From positions 24,473-88,472 of the forward strand of contig JAZSJH010000002.1 of assembly GCA_045534265.1 (NCBI GenBank): 64,000 nucleotides of DNA, written 5' to 3'. This document shows positions 28,137-38,543 of the stretch, piece after piece. The position numbers and the translations under genes are program-made. Origin of the DNA: Clostridia bacterium. GTDB taxonomy: Bacteria; Bacillota; Clostridia; Christensenellales; UBA1242. The notes beneath the pieces were generated by a model that saw only the letters and a program-made list of their open reading frames with translations, searched no databases and was not told where the DNA came from. Within the stretch, counting starts at the first letter, position 1. Each line of letters begins with the position of its first letter.

Positions 28137-31100
28137 ATGAAAAAGTTTTTTATAGTTTTATTAATACTAATAATGCTAGGCGGAGCAGGTTTTGCTGGTT
28201 GGTATTTTTTGCTTAGAGAAAGGCCGCTTACAATAGAATTTTATGGCGATTTTGAAACTTTAAGTTATTTGTCGGGAGATGGCAGCTACAAAGAAAACGA
28301 AATAGTCACATTAACCGCTGATGAGAGAGAAGGCTACGATTTTGAGAGCTGGATAAAAGATGGAAATCCTATCAGTAGTAGTAGAATTTATTCTTTTGTT
28401 ATGTCAAAAAACACTAGCGGAAAGTATACAGCAACCTACAAGGCAAAAGAGTTTACAATCTCTACCCAAAACAACGGCGTGTATAATATTTCCAACAAAG
28501 CCGCAACTGATGAAATGGTAGATATCAATATCAATCCCCCAAAGGGTTATGATGTAGAAGAAATATACTATGTCATAGATGGCAGTGATGAAAAAGTTGT
28601 TATTCATAACAATCGTTTCAAAATGCCACCCCACCATATATCAATATTTATCAATCTAAAAGAGATTAAATATGAAATCAAATATGATTTATGTGGCGGA
28701 AGTTTTGAGACAACTACAATTTCATATTACACAATTAATACACCTACATTTACACTTCCACACCCAACTCAAAAGGGATATAACTTTATAGGTTATATGG
28801 ACAAGCAATCAACAGCACCTATCCTAAATTATCAAATTGAACAGGGTTCAACAAAAGAGATTTCGGTTTGGGCAGAGTGGGAACTTGCATTTTTTGATAT
28901 TAATACAGTTGTTGAAGGACAAGGCTCAATAACTATTAGTGGAAATGCTCAATATCAATCTAATGAACATTGTGGGGCTGTTGCAGAAGAAGGTTGGCAG
29001 CTTGTCGAACTATATTATATTGCTAGCGAAACTGGCGATAGAGTTGATCTAGTAGAGGGCTATTTTACAATGCCTTACTGTGATATTACTGTATATGCAA
29101 TTTTTGAAAAAATAGCTTACAATATAACTGTTTCACCTTCTGTAATAAATGGTTATATTGAGCCAACACAAACAACTTCTTACGTTGGAGATACAGTAAC
29201 TATAGTTGCTCATCCAGATACTGGTTGTGAAGTTTTGTTATATAAGTATAGCATTGACAACGAAGAAAACTGGATAGATATTGAAGGCAATACATTTATT
29301 ATGCCAGCAAGTGATGTTGTTATTTATGCATCTTTTGATGCTATAGACTATCAAATCACATACAATTTAGATGGCGGAACATTGCCACAAGATACTTTAA
29401 CAACTTACAGAATATGGGACTCTGAAGTAACTTTACCAACCCCTACAAAAGAAGGCTTTTACTTTGTCGGTTGGTACGACAATCAAGACTTTAATGGCGA
29501 AAACATTACAAGCTTTTCTGGTTATGACTTAGAAAATAAAACGTTCTATGCATACTTTCAGCCAAACCAATATAGTGTAGCTTTTTACAATTACGACGGA
29601 ACATTATTGAATACAATCTCTGGGCCTTGGTATTACGGAGATATTCCTTATAACTGGGGAGATGCGCCAACAAAACCATCAACCTTAGAGTATGACTTTG
29701 TTTTTGCGGGTTGGACACCAGAGATTGTTCCTGTTGTAGAAGACGCTTCATATACAGCAGTATTTACTGCTCTGCCAAGAGTATATACCATCACAAAAGC
29801 AGACAATATAACTAAAGGTAACATTGAGTGTGTAACACAATCTGTACATAGCGAAACAGTAATAGTAACAGCAACTCCTGATTCAGGCGCTGAGCTTATC
29901 AAAACTTATTATATCAAGGCTGGAGATAGTGTAGAAAATAAAGTAGAGTTTACAAATTCTTTTGTTATGCCAAAAAGCAATGTAACAATCTATGCAGAAT
30001 TCGATTTAATTGATTATGATATTACATACAATTTAGACGGCGGAACATTGCCAAACGGATCTGCAACATCTTACACAATCGAAGATATAGTAACATTGCT
30101 AATTCCAACTAAAGTTGGCTATGACTTTGTTGGTTGGATAATAAATGACGGTGATACTCCAAACAAAAACATAACAATTACAAAAGGCTCTACAGGAGCA
30201 AAAGAATTTACTGCCGTATGGCAAATACAAACATTCATAATTGTTTGGATAAATGATGATGGAACAACAATCGAAACAGATGCAAATGTATCTTATGGCA
30301 CAACACCTTCTTTTGATGGAGAAACTCCATCAAAATCCCCAACTGCAGAATATGAATATATATTCGCTGGTTGGACTCCAACGGTAGCAGTTGCAACTCA
30401 ACATCAAACATATACCGCAACTTATACAAGCAAAGCAAGAACTTATACAATAACAAAGGCTACAATTGCTAACGGAACTATCTCTTGTGTTTCCAGTGCA
30501 GAAACTGGAGATACAGTAACAGTATCTGTAAATATAAATGAAGGTTATCGTTTGTCAAAACTATATTACATTGCCGCTGGTTCTACTACCGAAAATTTAA
30601 TTCCTGGCAATCAATTTATAATGCCGGCTAGCGATGTAACTGTGTATGCAGAATTCAGTGCAATTTCTTATTCTATTAATTACACCCTAAACGGCGGAAC
30701 ATTGCCAGCAAATGCCCCTGTTTCTTATACAATTGAAGACGAAGTAACATTGGTATCTCCAACAAAAACAGGTTATGATTTTGTTGGTTGGATTGAAAAA
30801 GAGGGCGCATCACCTGTTATAAATGTAAAAATTGAAAAAGGTTCTGCAGGGGCGAAAAATTTTGAAGCCCTATGGGAGCTTGCTACATTTAACATATTAT
30901 TTTCTACTAATACTGGTGGAACACTTGTTTGTGAGTCTGAAGCTATGTATACAGAGTCTGTTGATGTTACAATAATACCAAGCGAAGGGTATTTTGTATC
31001 AAGATCATATTATATAGTAGATGGTACAACTACCGAAGTAGATTTTGAAGGCTCATTTACAATGCCGGCTGGTAATGTAACTGTATATGCCGAGTTTGAG

Positions 31101-32585
31101 TTGGCTGCCGTTCAATATTCAATCACAACGGAAGAAAGAGAGAATGGAACTATTAGCTGTGTAGCTCAAGCATATTCTGGAGATGTTGTTCGCATATTAA
31201 TAACACCAGATGATGGTTATGAAGCAGCATATGTATATATTGAAGATTTGCTTGGTAACGCAATAGATTGTGATATTATAGGATGGACAGACGATAGTTT
31301 TTCATTTGTTATGCCTTCAATCAACATAGTTGTTTATGTTGAATTTGAAGAAAAAGTATATTATCCAATAAGTGTAGCAACAGTGACCGGTGGTAAAGTT
31401 ATTTGTCAAGACAAGGCGGAAGAACTAGAAGTTGTTTATTTTACAGTTGTACCAGACCCAGAATATAGATTAAAAAGTTTAACTTGTGAAAATAGATTAA
31501 CTGGTCAAGCAATTTCTGTTGATCTTGAAACTTGTAGTTTTACAATGCCAGTTGACGGCGGAATGTATGGTGTCAGCATAAGACTAACACCTGTATTTGA
31601 AAAAATAGAATATACAATAACAAAAGCTAATGCTACAAATGGAACAATTAGTTGTGTATCTTCGGCTGAGGTTGGGAACGCTATAACAATTACTGCAACA
31701 CCAAATAACGGCTATCAATTATCAAGAACATATTATATCGTTGAAGGAACAACTACCGAAGTAGATTTTGAAGGCTCATTTACAATGCCAGCTGGCAATG
31801 TAACTGTATATGTTGTTTTTGTAACAGCTCCATATTCTATTAATATAGCCCAAACAGGCTCTGCAACTGTAGAATGTGTAGAAACAGCTGAGGCGGGAAC
31901 TGTTGTTACCCCTACTATAACGTTGCGCAGCGGATATGAAATAGATAAAATGTACTATACCCTAGGTGATGACGAAACCACAAAAACAGCTTTTAGAGAA
32001 AGTTTCACTATGCCAAATTGCGACATAAATCTTTACGTAGAGACAAATCTAGAAGACGTCCCAGCTCCAACATACAGCTTAGATGTTGTAGTAAATAATG
32101 AAAATTTAGGCATCGCAGAGATTATCACTGCAATTCCAAGAGAAGGTTTATATACCGTTGAGGCAATACCATATGAAGGGGCGGAGTTTGTTGGATGGAG
32201 ACAAGAGACTATTGATGGAACACTTTTGAGCACAGATAGAGTATATGTAGCAAGCAATTTGGACATGGAAACTATATATGCGATATTTGAGTCAACCGAA
32301 GAAGTAAAATATACAATTATGATAGCGGATAATGATTATGTTAATGCTTCTTGTCAAAGCACGGCTGTGGCAGGAGAAGAAGTTCAATTGATAGTTAATG
32401 ATTATTCAATGCCTGATAATTATATGGCTATGGAAATTTATTATATAACAGAAACAGGGACTTATGGAATTATAGAAGAGGCAGCTAATCCATATCATTT
32501 TATAAATGACATTTCTTTTATTATGCCGGATGAAAATATTATAATATATTTTGAATTTTATCATGGTGGGACAGATCCAGCATAA
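28137..32585 (+). CDS. Surface protein with InlB B-repeat (Listeria-Bacteroides repeat) modules
   Basis: N-terminal TM. Repeats YNLDGG...PTKxGYxFxGW and F(T/I/V)MP(A)xxVT(V/I)YA.F. Confidence 0.85.
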   Translation: MKKFFIVLLILIMLGGAGFAGWYFLLRERPLTIEFYGDFETLSYLSGDGSYKENEIVTLTADEREGYDFESWIKDGNPISSSRIYSFVMSKNTSGKYTATYKAKEFTISTQNNGVYNISNKAATDEMVDININPPKGYDVEEIYYVIDGSDEKVVIHNNRFKMPPHHISIFINLKEIKYEIKYDLCGGSFETTTISYYTINTPTFTLPHPTQKGYNFIGYMDKQSTAPILNYQIEQGSTKEISVWAEWELAFFDINTVVEGQGSITISGNAQYQSNEHCGAVAEEGWQLVELYYIASETGDRVDLVEGYFTMPYCDITVYAIFEKIAYNITVSPSVINGYIEPTQTTSYVGDTVTIVAHPDTGCEVLLYKYSIDNEENWIDIEGNTFIMPASDVVIYASFDAIDYQITYNLDGGTLPQDTLTTYRIWDSEVTLPTPTKEGFYFVGWYDNQDFNGENITSFSGYDLENKTFYAYFQPNQYSVAFYNYDGTLLNTISGPWYYGDIPYNWGDAPTKPSTLEYDFVFAGWTPEIVPVVEDASYTAVFTALPRVYTITKADNITKGNIECVTQSVHSETVIVTATPDSGAELIKTYYIKAGDSVENKVEFTNSFVMPKSNVTIYAEFDLIDYDITYNLDGGTLPNGSATSYTIEDIVTLLIPTKVGYDFVGWIINDGDTPNKNITITKGSTGAKEFTAVWQIQTFIIVWINDDGTTIETDANVSYGTTPSFDGETPSKSPTAEYEYIFAGWTPTVAVATQHQTYTATYTSKARTYTITKATIANGTISCVSSAETGDTVTVSVNINEGYRLSKLYYIAAGSTTENLIPGNQFIMPASDVTVYAEFSAISYSINYTLNGGTLPANAPVSYTIEDEVTLVSPTKTGYDFVGWIEKEGASPVINVKIEKGSAGAKNFEALWELATFNILFSTNTGGTLVCESEAMYTESVDVTIIPSEGYFVSRSYYIVDGTTTEVDFEGSFTMPAGNVTVYAEFELAAVQYSITTEERENGTISCVAQAYSGDVVRILITPDDGYEAAYVYIEDLLGNAIDCDIIGWTDDSFSFVMPSINIVVYVEFEEKVYYPISVATVTGGKVICQDKAEELEVVYFTVVPDPEYRLKSLTCENRLTGQAISVDLETCSFTMPVDGGMYGVSIRLTPVFEKIEYTITKANATNGTISCVSSAEVGNAITITATPNNGYQLSRTYYIVEGTTTEVDFEGSFTMPAGNVTVYVVFVTAPYSINIAQTGSATVECVETAEAGTVVTPTITLRSGYEIDKMYYTLGDDETTKTAFRESFTMPNCDINLYVETNLEDVPAPTYSLDVVVNNENLGIAEIITAIPREGLYTVEAIPYEGAEFVGWRQETIDGTLLSTDRVYVASNLDMETIYAIFESTEEVKYTIMIADNDYVNASCQSTAVAGEEVQLIVNDYSMPDNYMAMEIYYITETGTYGIIEEAANPYHFINDISFIMPDENIIIYFEFYHGGTDPA

Positions 32586-32625
32586 TAAGGCTTTGTAACA
32601 AATCTACAAAAAAAAGGAGCTATTT

Positions 32626-32826
32626 ATGTCAATACATGTAACCCCGCACAAAAATGGTTGGCAAGTTGTTAGCGGCAATGCAGATAAAGCTTTTCGTGTG
32701 GTTAGCACACAAAACGAAGCAATAGAGATTGCAAAACAAGTTGCTAAAAATCAAAAAACCGATATCAAAATTCACGGCAAAAACGGCCGTGTAAGAGATG
32801 GATTTAATTATTCAAAAAAGTTTTAG
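32626..32826 (+). CDS. DUF2188-family small protein
   Basis: HVTPHKNGWQV, TQNEAIEIAKQVAKNQ and IHGKNGRVR. Confidence 0.8.
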   Translation: MSIHVTPHKNGWQVVSGNADKAFRVVSTQNEAIEIAKQVAKNQKTDIKIHGKNGRVRDGFNYSKKF

Positions 32827-32844
32827 TATAAAGGACTTAAACTT

Positions 32845-33360
32845 ATGGTAGAACTAAAAATTCAAGATTATAACAAAAACAAAGAATTATTTTTTGAAAC
32901 AGAAAAGAAATTGAGAGCTGTTTTGGGCGAAGATGCTTCAATAGACCACGTTGGGTCTACTGCAATAAAAAATATTGTAGGCAAAAATATCATTGATGTT
33001 TTGATAGGGGCAGTGGATAATGATGAGTTTGTTGATTTTAGAGATAAATTAACACAGCTTGGATTTTTCCCTTCACAAAACAGCAGAACAGATATTTATC
33101 AATTTTTTGCATCACGTCAAGGGGAAACGGGCGAAGGAGACGTTCACCTGCACCTTGTTGTGATAGATACCGAAAGGTATAGAGAGTTTATCATATTGAG
33201 AAATTATTTGATAGAAAACCCTAGCGAAGCGATAGCTTATTCTAATCATAAACAAGAATTATTATCTCAAGGAATAACTGACCGAAAGTTATATAGAGCA
33301 ACAAAAAGCAAATATGTAACAGAACTTATAAAAAGAGCAAAAGAAAATACAAAAATATAG
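32845..33360 (+). CDS. GrpB-family (nucleotidyltransferase-fold) protein
   Basis: IDHVGSTAI, KNIIDVLIG, HLH, RNYL and Y...K. Confidence 0.85.
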   Translation: MVELKIQDYNKNKELFFETEKKLRAVLGEDASIDHVGSTAIKNIVGKNIIDVLIGAVDNDEFVDFRDKLTQLGFFPSQNSRTDIYQFFASRQGETGEGDVHLHLVVIDTERYREFIILRNYLIENPSEAIAYSNHKQELLSQGITDRKLYRATKSKYVTELIKRAKENTKI

Positions 33361-33371
33361 GAGAAATTATT

Positions 33372-34061
33372 ATGGAACTAATGCTTGATACTGCAAATTT
33401 AGAAATAATTAAGGAGTTTGCTGAGATCTACCCATATGTAGGTGTAACTAGCAATCCAACTATCATCAAAAAAGAAGGCAAAATTGACTTTTTTGCACAC
33501 TTTAGAAAAATAAGAGAAATAATAGGTAAAGAAAGATCTTTACACATACAAGTTGTATCTCAAACGGCTCAAGAAATGATTATGGAAGCTGAAAAAATTG
33601 TAGACAAAATAGACAAAGATGTTTATATCAAAATTCCAGTAACTGAAGAAGGCCTTAAGGCTATCAAAAATCTAAAAGCAAGGGGCTTCAAAATAACTGC
33701 AACAGCTATATATACAAAAATGCAAGGGCTTGTTGCAATTGCAGCGGGAGCAGATTATATTGCACCATATTATAATCGTATTCAAAGCCGTGGTTCTGAT
33801 GCTCAAACAACTGTTGCTTGCTTTAGACAAAACATTGACAACTTCGGCAAAAAGACAAAAATTTTGGCTGCAAGTTTCCACCATGGCGGACAAGTAACCA
33901 ACGCACTTGGGGCTGGTGCTCACGCAGTGACTATTCAACCAGATCTTTTGAGAGAAATGGTTTGTGCAAATTATACAAACTATATCGACAATGCAATCAC
34001 AACATTTGCTGCCGATTGGGAATCTTCTCAAGGAACAAAGAGTATTATCGATTGTGAATAA
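33372..34061 (+). CDS. fsa: Fructose-6-phosphate aldolase (transaldolase family)
   Basis: LDTAN, GVTSNPT and IKIP (Schiff-base Lys). APYYNR (Tyr) favours FSA over transaldolase. Confidence 0.8.
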   Translation: MELMLDTANLEIIKEFAEIYPYVGVTSNPTIIKKEGKIDFFAHFRKIREIIGKERSLHIQVVSQTAQEMIMEAEKIVDKIDKDVYIKIPVTEEGLKAIKNLKARGFKITATAIYTKMQGLVAIAAGADYIAPYYNRIQSRGSDAQTTVACFRQNIDNFGKKTKILAASFHHGGQVTNALGAGAHAVTIQPDLLREMVCANYTNYIDNAITTFAADWESSQGTKSIIDCE

Positions 34062-34132
34062 TTAGGTTAAAACATATAGGTCGAACAAAAAACAGCGAAA
34101 TGAAAGTTCGCTGTTTTTTTATTTGTAGTGTG

Positions 34133-35140
34133 CTACTTGCTAGTTGATTTTTTTGTCTTAGAAGTTGTTTCTTTTACGTTTTTGGCAGGTTGTTTTTTTG
34201 CAGTGGCATTTGTAGATGAAGATTTTTTTGTAGATGTTCTTTTCTTTGTTTGGGTTTCAGTTTTTTCTACGGCATCTTCAGTTTTTTCGTTTTCTGTGGC
34301 TAGAGCTGTTTTTGTTTCTTGAGAGGCTTGTTGTGTAGATTTTCTCTTGTTTATAAGGTCCTTTATTTCAAAAGGTAGGTAACATAATGCAATCCACGCT
34401 GCAAAGATAAGAGCTAGTATCCAGTAGTAAGTATATAGTGGTTTGTTGCTCCAGCTAGGAATAACTTCTATGCCGTCATTCATATACATAAAACTACTGT
34501 CAGTTAGCTTGCTCATAATTCTTGCAATTATACTAAAGCCAAAAATTGTAACCATTGGCTTCCAACCATTTTTTATTTTTGGAACAAGTCTTTTTGTTAC
34601 AATCAAAAGAATTGGCAAAGCAATTAATAATCCATGAGTAATTAATGTTTGAACATTCATTATATGATAGATAGGGTAATAAGTGTTTAGCATATCTGGA
34701 TATATAAGTGCTGCACTGCCACTAAAAATAGCTATAGGAAAAATTGCATCATATGCAAATTTATTCCATTTTTCTTTATTAATAAGAAGGGTAACGATAG
34801 AGAAAAATGTGACCATTGTACAAAGAGCAAAAGAAATTATTTCTGCCCAATTGTATATGTTTCCTTTCTCCGGAAAATATGTTTCATAACAACAATATGT
34901 TATTGTGCGATAGGTCATTCTTAAAATTTCAAGTGCCAAAAAGACCAAAGCTATTACAAAAAACATTTTGTCTTGCCATTTTTTATCTTTTCTTTTTGCA
35001 ACCAATGCAAGAGTTATTATAGCCCCAATTATAATAGCAAGAACAACAAAGTGCCAAATGCTAAATATGTGCGGATAGTTGCTATATACACCTTCGTTGC
35101 TGTCTAATTTCCAGCCAAAAGCTTTTTCCCAAAAACTCAT
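34133..35140 (-). CDS. YwaF/TMEM164-like integral membrane protein with a Lys/Thr-rich tail
   Basis: FSIWH, FALC, YPD, THG and FMYM pattern in a multi-TM protein. Confidence 0.65.
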   Translation of the reverse strand: MSFWEKAFGWKLDSNEGVYSNYPHIFSIWHFVVLAIIIGAIITLALVAKRKDKKWQDKMFFVIALVFLALEILRMTYRTITYCCYETYFPEKGNIYNWAEIISFALCTMVTFFSIVTLLINKEKWNKFAYDAIFPIAIFSGSAALIYPDMLNTYYPIYHIMNVQTLITHGLLIALPILLIVTKRLVPKIKNGWKPMVTIFGFSIIARIMSKLTDSSFMYMNDGIEVIPSWSNKPLYTYYWILALIFAAWIALCYLPFEIKDLINKRKSTQQASQETKTALATENEKTEDAVEKTETQTKKRTSTKKSSSTNATAKKQPAKNVKETTSKTKKSTSK

Positions 35141-35439
35141 AAAAAATACTTCCTTTTGTTTGATGATTTTATTATAGCATTTTATATTTTTTTGTAAAAT
35201 AATAAACCTAAATTTATTGCAAAAGGGACATAAAAATTTTTTTGGCTATTGTATAAAAAGTACCCACAACAAACAAAAAAACATATAAAGCTTAATTTTG
35301 TTTTTTAAGAAAAGATATGTTGCAGGGGACATAAAATAAACTAAATAATAATATCTAATATAATTTTTTAACTTATTTGTTTGTCACCAAAAAGTTTTTT
35401 TTGTATAATATATATATCAATATAAAAGGAGATTTTTTT

Positions 35440-36264
35440 ATGCCACCAGTACTTATGGCACTTTTGATTATTGCAGGTGTACTATTATTTATTTTGCTTA
35501 TTTCTATTCGCCAAGTGGACGAATACGAAAGAGGTGTTAGATTTTTGTTTGGTAAATACCAAAAAGTTTTAGAGCCAGGCTGGCACATTGTTTTGCCTAT
35601 TTTTCACAAGTATCAAAAAATTGATATAAGAGTAAAAGTTGTTGACGTTCCAGAGCAAGACGCCATTACAAAAGACAATGTAACAATCAAAATTAACGCA
35701 GTTATTTATTTTAATATTTTTGACGCAAAGAAAGCAATGCTTTCTGTTCAAAACTGCTACTACGCAGTAACTCAACTTGCTCAAACAACAATGAGAAATC
35801 TTGTTGGTAGTGTAACTTTGGACGAACTTCTTACCGATAGAGAAAGAATTTCTAACGAAATTTGTACTATTGTCGATAAAGCAACAGACGATTGGGGAGT
35901 AAAAATCCAAAACGTAGAACTTAAAGATATTGCACTTCCTACCGAAATGCAAAGGGTAATTGCAAAAGTTGCGGAAGCCGAAAGAGAAAAAGCAGCTGTT
36001 ATCACAAAAGCAAGCGGCGAACTAGAAGCTTCAAAAAACCTATCTCTTGCCGCTCAACAACTAGCTAATTCTCCAGGGGCTTTGCATCTTAGAACTCTAT
36101 CTACAATCAATGATGTGTCTTCTGACCAATCAAACACAATTATTTTTGCAATACCGATTGAAGTATTAAGTGCCTTTGGCGGAAATAATGCTTTGGGAAA
36201 CAATGCAGTAGAAGCTTTAACAAAAGCTGTTAAAAAGTCTAAAACAACAAAGAAAACAAAATAA
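35440..36264 (+). CDS. SPFH/band-7 (stomatin-like) protein
   Basis: EYERGVRF, DAITKDNV, LAQTTMR, AEAERE and ALHLRTL. Confidence 0.93.
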   Translation: MPPVLMALLIIAGVLLFILLISIRQVDEYERGVRFLFGKYQKVLEPGWHIVLPIFHKYQKIDIRVKVVDVPEQDAITKDNVTIKINAVIYFNIFDAKKAMLSVQNCYYAVTQLAQTTMRNLVGSVTLDELLTDRERISNEICTIVDKATDDWGVKIQNVELKDIALPTEMQRVIAKVAEAEREKAAVITKASGELEASKNLSLAAQQLANSPGALHLRTLSTINDVSSDQSNTIIFAIPIEVLSAFGGNNALGNNAVEALTKAVKKSKTTKKTK

Positions 36265-36319
36265 TAAAAAAGCTCTCTTATATAAGGGGGGCTTTTTTGA
36301 AAAAAAGGAGATTTTGCAT

Positions 36320-37306
36320 ATGGCAATCAAGTCTATAAAAGCAAAAATAATAATTTCTATTATTGTGGTTTTGATTGTTTGTTTAGCGTCATTTATTCTT
36401 TATATTTGCCTGCCGCTTATGGTGTGGAAAAAGGGCAGTTCTAACGCAACTTTTAACAAACAAAACAACAGCATAACTACAAGCGAAAACTCATTGAAAG
36501 TTTTGCAAATGACTGACCTGCATCTAAATGATGATTTGGACAACCCTTTGGTTTATTCTTTTGTCAAAAAACTTGTTTATAAGGCAGACCCAGATATTCT
36601 TGTTTTTACAGGAGATGTATTTGTTGCTGGATTGACCAAATTGCCTGTAAAAAGATTTGTTAGATTTGTAGAAAGATTTAGAATTCCTTGGGCAATTACC
36701 TTTGGCAACCACGATAGAGAAGCAAAGTATTCGATGGACAAATTAAGTGAAATTTTTGAAGACACAAAGTATTGTCTATTCAAAAAGGGCAATGTACAAA
36801 ATCGCTATGGAAACTATTATTACAATGTAGAATTTGAAGATGGCGGAAAATTCCAATTAATTTTTATGGATTCTGGCGAAGACAATTTTTCTGCAGAAAG
36901 TGTTTCTTTTTACGAAAATTGCGTGCAGTCTTCAAAAGCCTTAAACAACGGTCAAGCATTAAATAATTTTGTGTTTTTTCATATCCCAACTATAGAGACA
37001 AGGCTTGCCGCACAAGAATATAATCTTAACCCAGAAATGGGAATGGGAGTGCTTTTGGAGTCTGTATGTATTCAAGAAAATGACGTTGGCTTTTTTGATA
37101 AAGCAGTTGAGCTTGGCGCAACGAAAGCTTTAGTATACGGACACGACCACATTAACAACGCAAAAATAAAATATCAAGGAATAGATTTGTGTTATGGGCT
37201 AAAGACAGGGGCAAGGCCATATTGCAATAAAGATATGCTAGGTGGAACTTTGTATACAATAAACTCTGATTCAACCTACCAATTTGAAGATATTTATATG
37301 AAATAA
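36320..37306 (+). CDS. Membrane-anchored calcineurin-like metallophosphoesterase
   Basis: N-terminal TM. TDLH, TGD, FGNHD, FFHIP and GHDH.N. Confidence 0.85.
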   Translation: MAIKSIKAKIIISIIVVLIVCLASFILYICLPLMVWKKGSSNATFNKQNNSITTSENSLKVLQMTDLHLNDDLDNPLVYSFVKKLVYKADPDILVFTGDVFVAGLTKLPVKRFVRFVERFRIPWAITFGNHDREAKYSMDKLSEIFEDTKYCLFKKGNVQNRYGNYYYNVEFEDGGKFQLIFMDSGEDNFSAESVSFYENCVQSSKALNNGQALNNFVFFHIPTIETRLAAQEYNLNPEMGMGVLLESVCIQENDVGFFDKAVELGATKALVYGHDHINNAKIKYQGIDLCYGLKTGARPYCNKDMLGGTLYTINSDSTYQFEDIYMK

Positions 37307-37396
37307 CAATTTGTTTATATAGACTATAAAAAAAAGTTGAGCTTAACTGCTCAACTTTTTTAATGCAAAAAAATAACATATATAAATCAATTGTTT

Positions 37397-37948
37397 TTAT
37401 ATCTTTATTGGCTTTCTGTCACCATATTCGTCTATCAAAAGTTTTGCCATTTCTTCTGGGCTTTCTGCGCAATCTCTCTCTAGCCACAACCTGCACATTT
37501 CTTTAATTCCCGCCCCAAAAAAACTAGCACGATAATAAAGCCCAATGGTATTTGTTTTGTCAATATTTAATTTTGGACCTACATTTTTAAGAATCTCAAT
37601 CTTTGTGTTATGTTCTGCTAAGGTAACATAGGGTATGTTCAAAAATGCTTTATAAAAACTTTTGTTGGCTTTAACAAAAGCAAACATTTCGACCATAGCT
37701 TCGTGTGTTTGTCTTTCGCCAAAGTTAAATATGCTTGCAGTGCTTTTTGCAAACTTTGATTCTATCTTTATTGTTAAGTCATTGATGTCGTCGTAATGGC
37801 AATAAAAAGTACTGCGATTGATGCCGGCTTGCTGACAAATTTGGCTTATAGAGATATCTTCATATTTATGTTTTGTAAGAAGCGCAAGAAAAGCTGTTTC
37901 TATTTTTTCATTACTTATTTTGTATCTAGAGTTGTTTTTTGTGTTCAT
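37397..37948 (-). CDS. TetR/AcrR-family regulator
   Basis: ISISQICQQAGINRSTFYCHY. Divergent from the ABC operon. Confidence 0.9.
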   Translation of the reverse strand: MNTKNNSRYKISNEKIETAFLALLTKHKYEDISISQICQQAGINRSTFYCHYDDINDLTIKIESKFAKSTASIFNFGERQTHEAMVEMFAFVKANKSFYKAFLNIPYVTLAEHNTKIEILKNVGPKLNIDKTNTIGLYYRASFFGAGIKEMCRLWLERDCAESPEEMAKLLIDEYGDRKPIKI

Positions 37949-37965
37949 ATTTTCACCTTTAATTA

Positions 37966-38116
37966 CATTATTCCAACAAACAAAAAAGGTTTGTTTTATT
38001 AATAATATTAATCCAACACTTTGTCTTTTTTTGTTGCGGGGAGATATTTTTGATTTGTTGTAAATCCACCTGCAGTTTACTAAAATATAATTAATAAGTC
38101 AAGTGTTGGAATAATG
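37966..38116. promoter_or_regulatory. Divergent promoter region with repeated TCCAACA motifs (candidate TetR operators)
   Basis: CATTATTCCAACA (37966-37978) and TGTTGGAATAATG (38104-38116) form a perfect 13-bp inverted repeat. TCCAACACTT (38012-38021) is the reverse complement of 38101-38110. Confidence 0.55.
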
Positions 38117-38151
38117 ATTTGGCTAGATTATAAATTTAGGAGAATAAAATA

Positions 38152-38529
38152 ATGGCAAAAAAAGCTACAAATAATGAAGAAAAAGTAGAAAAAAAAGAAA
38201 ATATTTTAACAAAAACAGGTAAATTTTTCAAACAAGCATTTAAGGATATGGGCGAAAATGCAAAGGCGCAAGCACAGGTGGATAAAGCAAATCTTGCCGC
38301 AGCAAAAGCAGAAGCTAGAGCAAACTTTGAAGAAAACCGTGGAACAAACACGCTTGCTAGAGCAAAGGCTATGAGCAAACAATCTTGGGATGATGCTCAT
38401 ATGACACCTGCAGAAAGAACTGCAAAATTAAGAGAAGAGCAAGCTATGCAAATTGTAGAGGCAAATGCAAGAATCGAAGAAGCAAATGCAAGATATAACG
38501 AAGCAAAAGTAGAAAAAAAGAAAAAATAA
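38152..38529 (+). CDS. Hypothetical Ala/Lys/Glu-rich helical protein, first gene of the ABC operon
   Basis: Good RBS (AGGAG). Coiled-coil-like composition. 14 bp upstream of the ATPase gene. Confidence 0.65.
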   Translation: MAKKATNNEEKVEKKENILTKTGKFFKQAFKDMGENAKAQAQVDKANLAAAKAEARANFEENRGTNTLARAKAMSKQSWDDAHMTPAERTAKLREEQAMQIVEANARIEEANARYNEAKVEKKKK

Positions 38530-38543
38530 TTCTGGGAGCAAAA

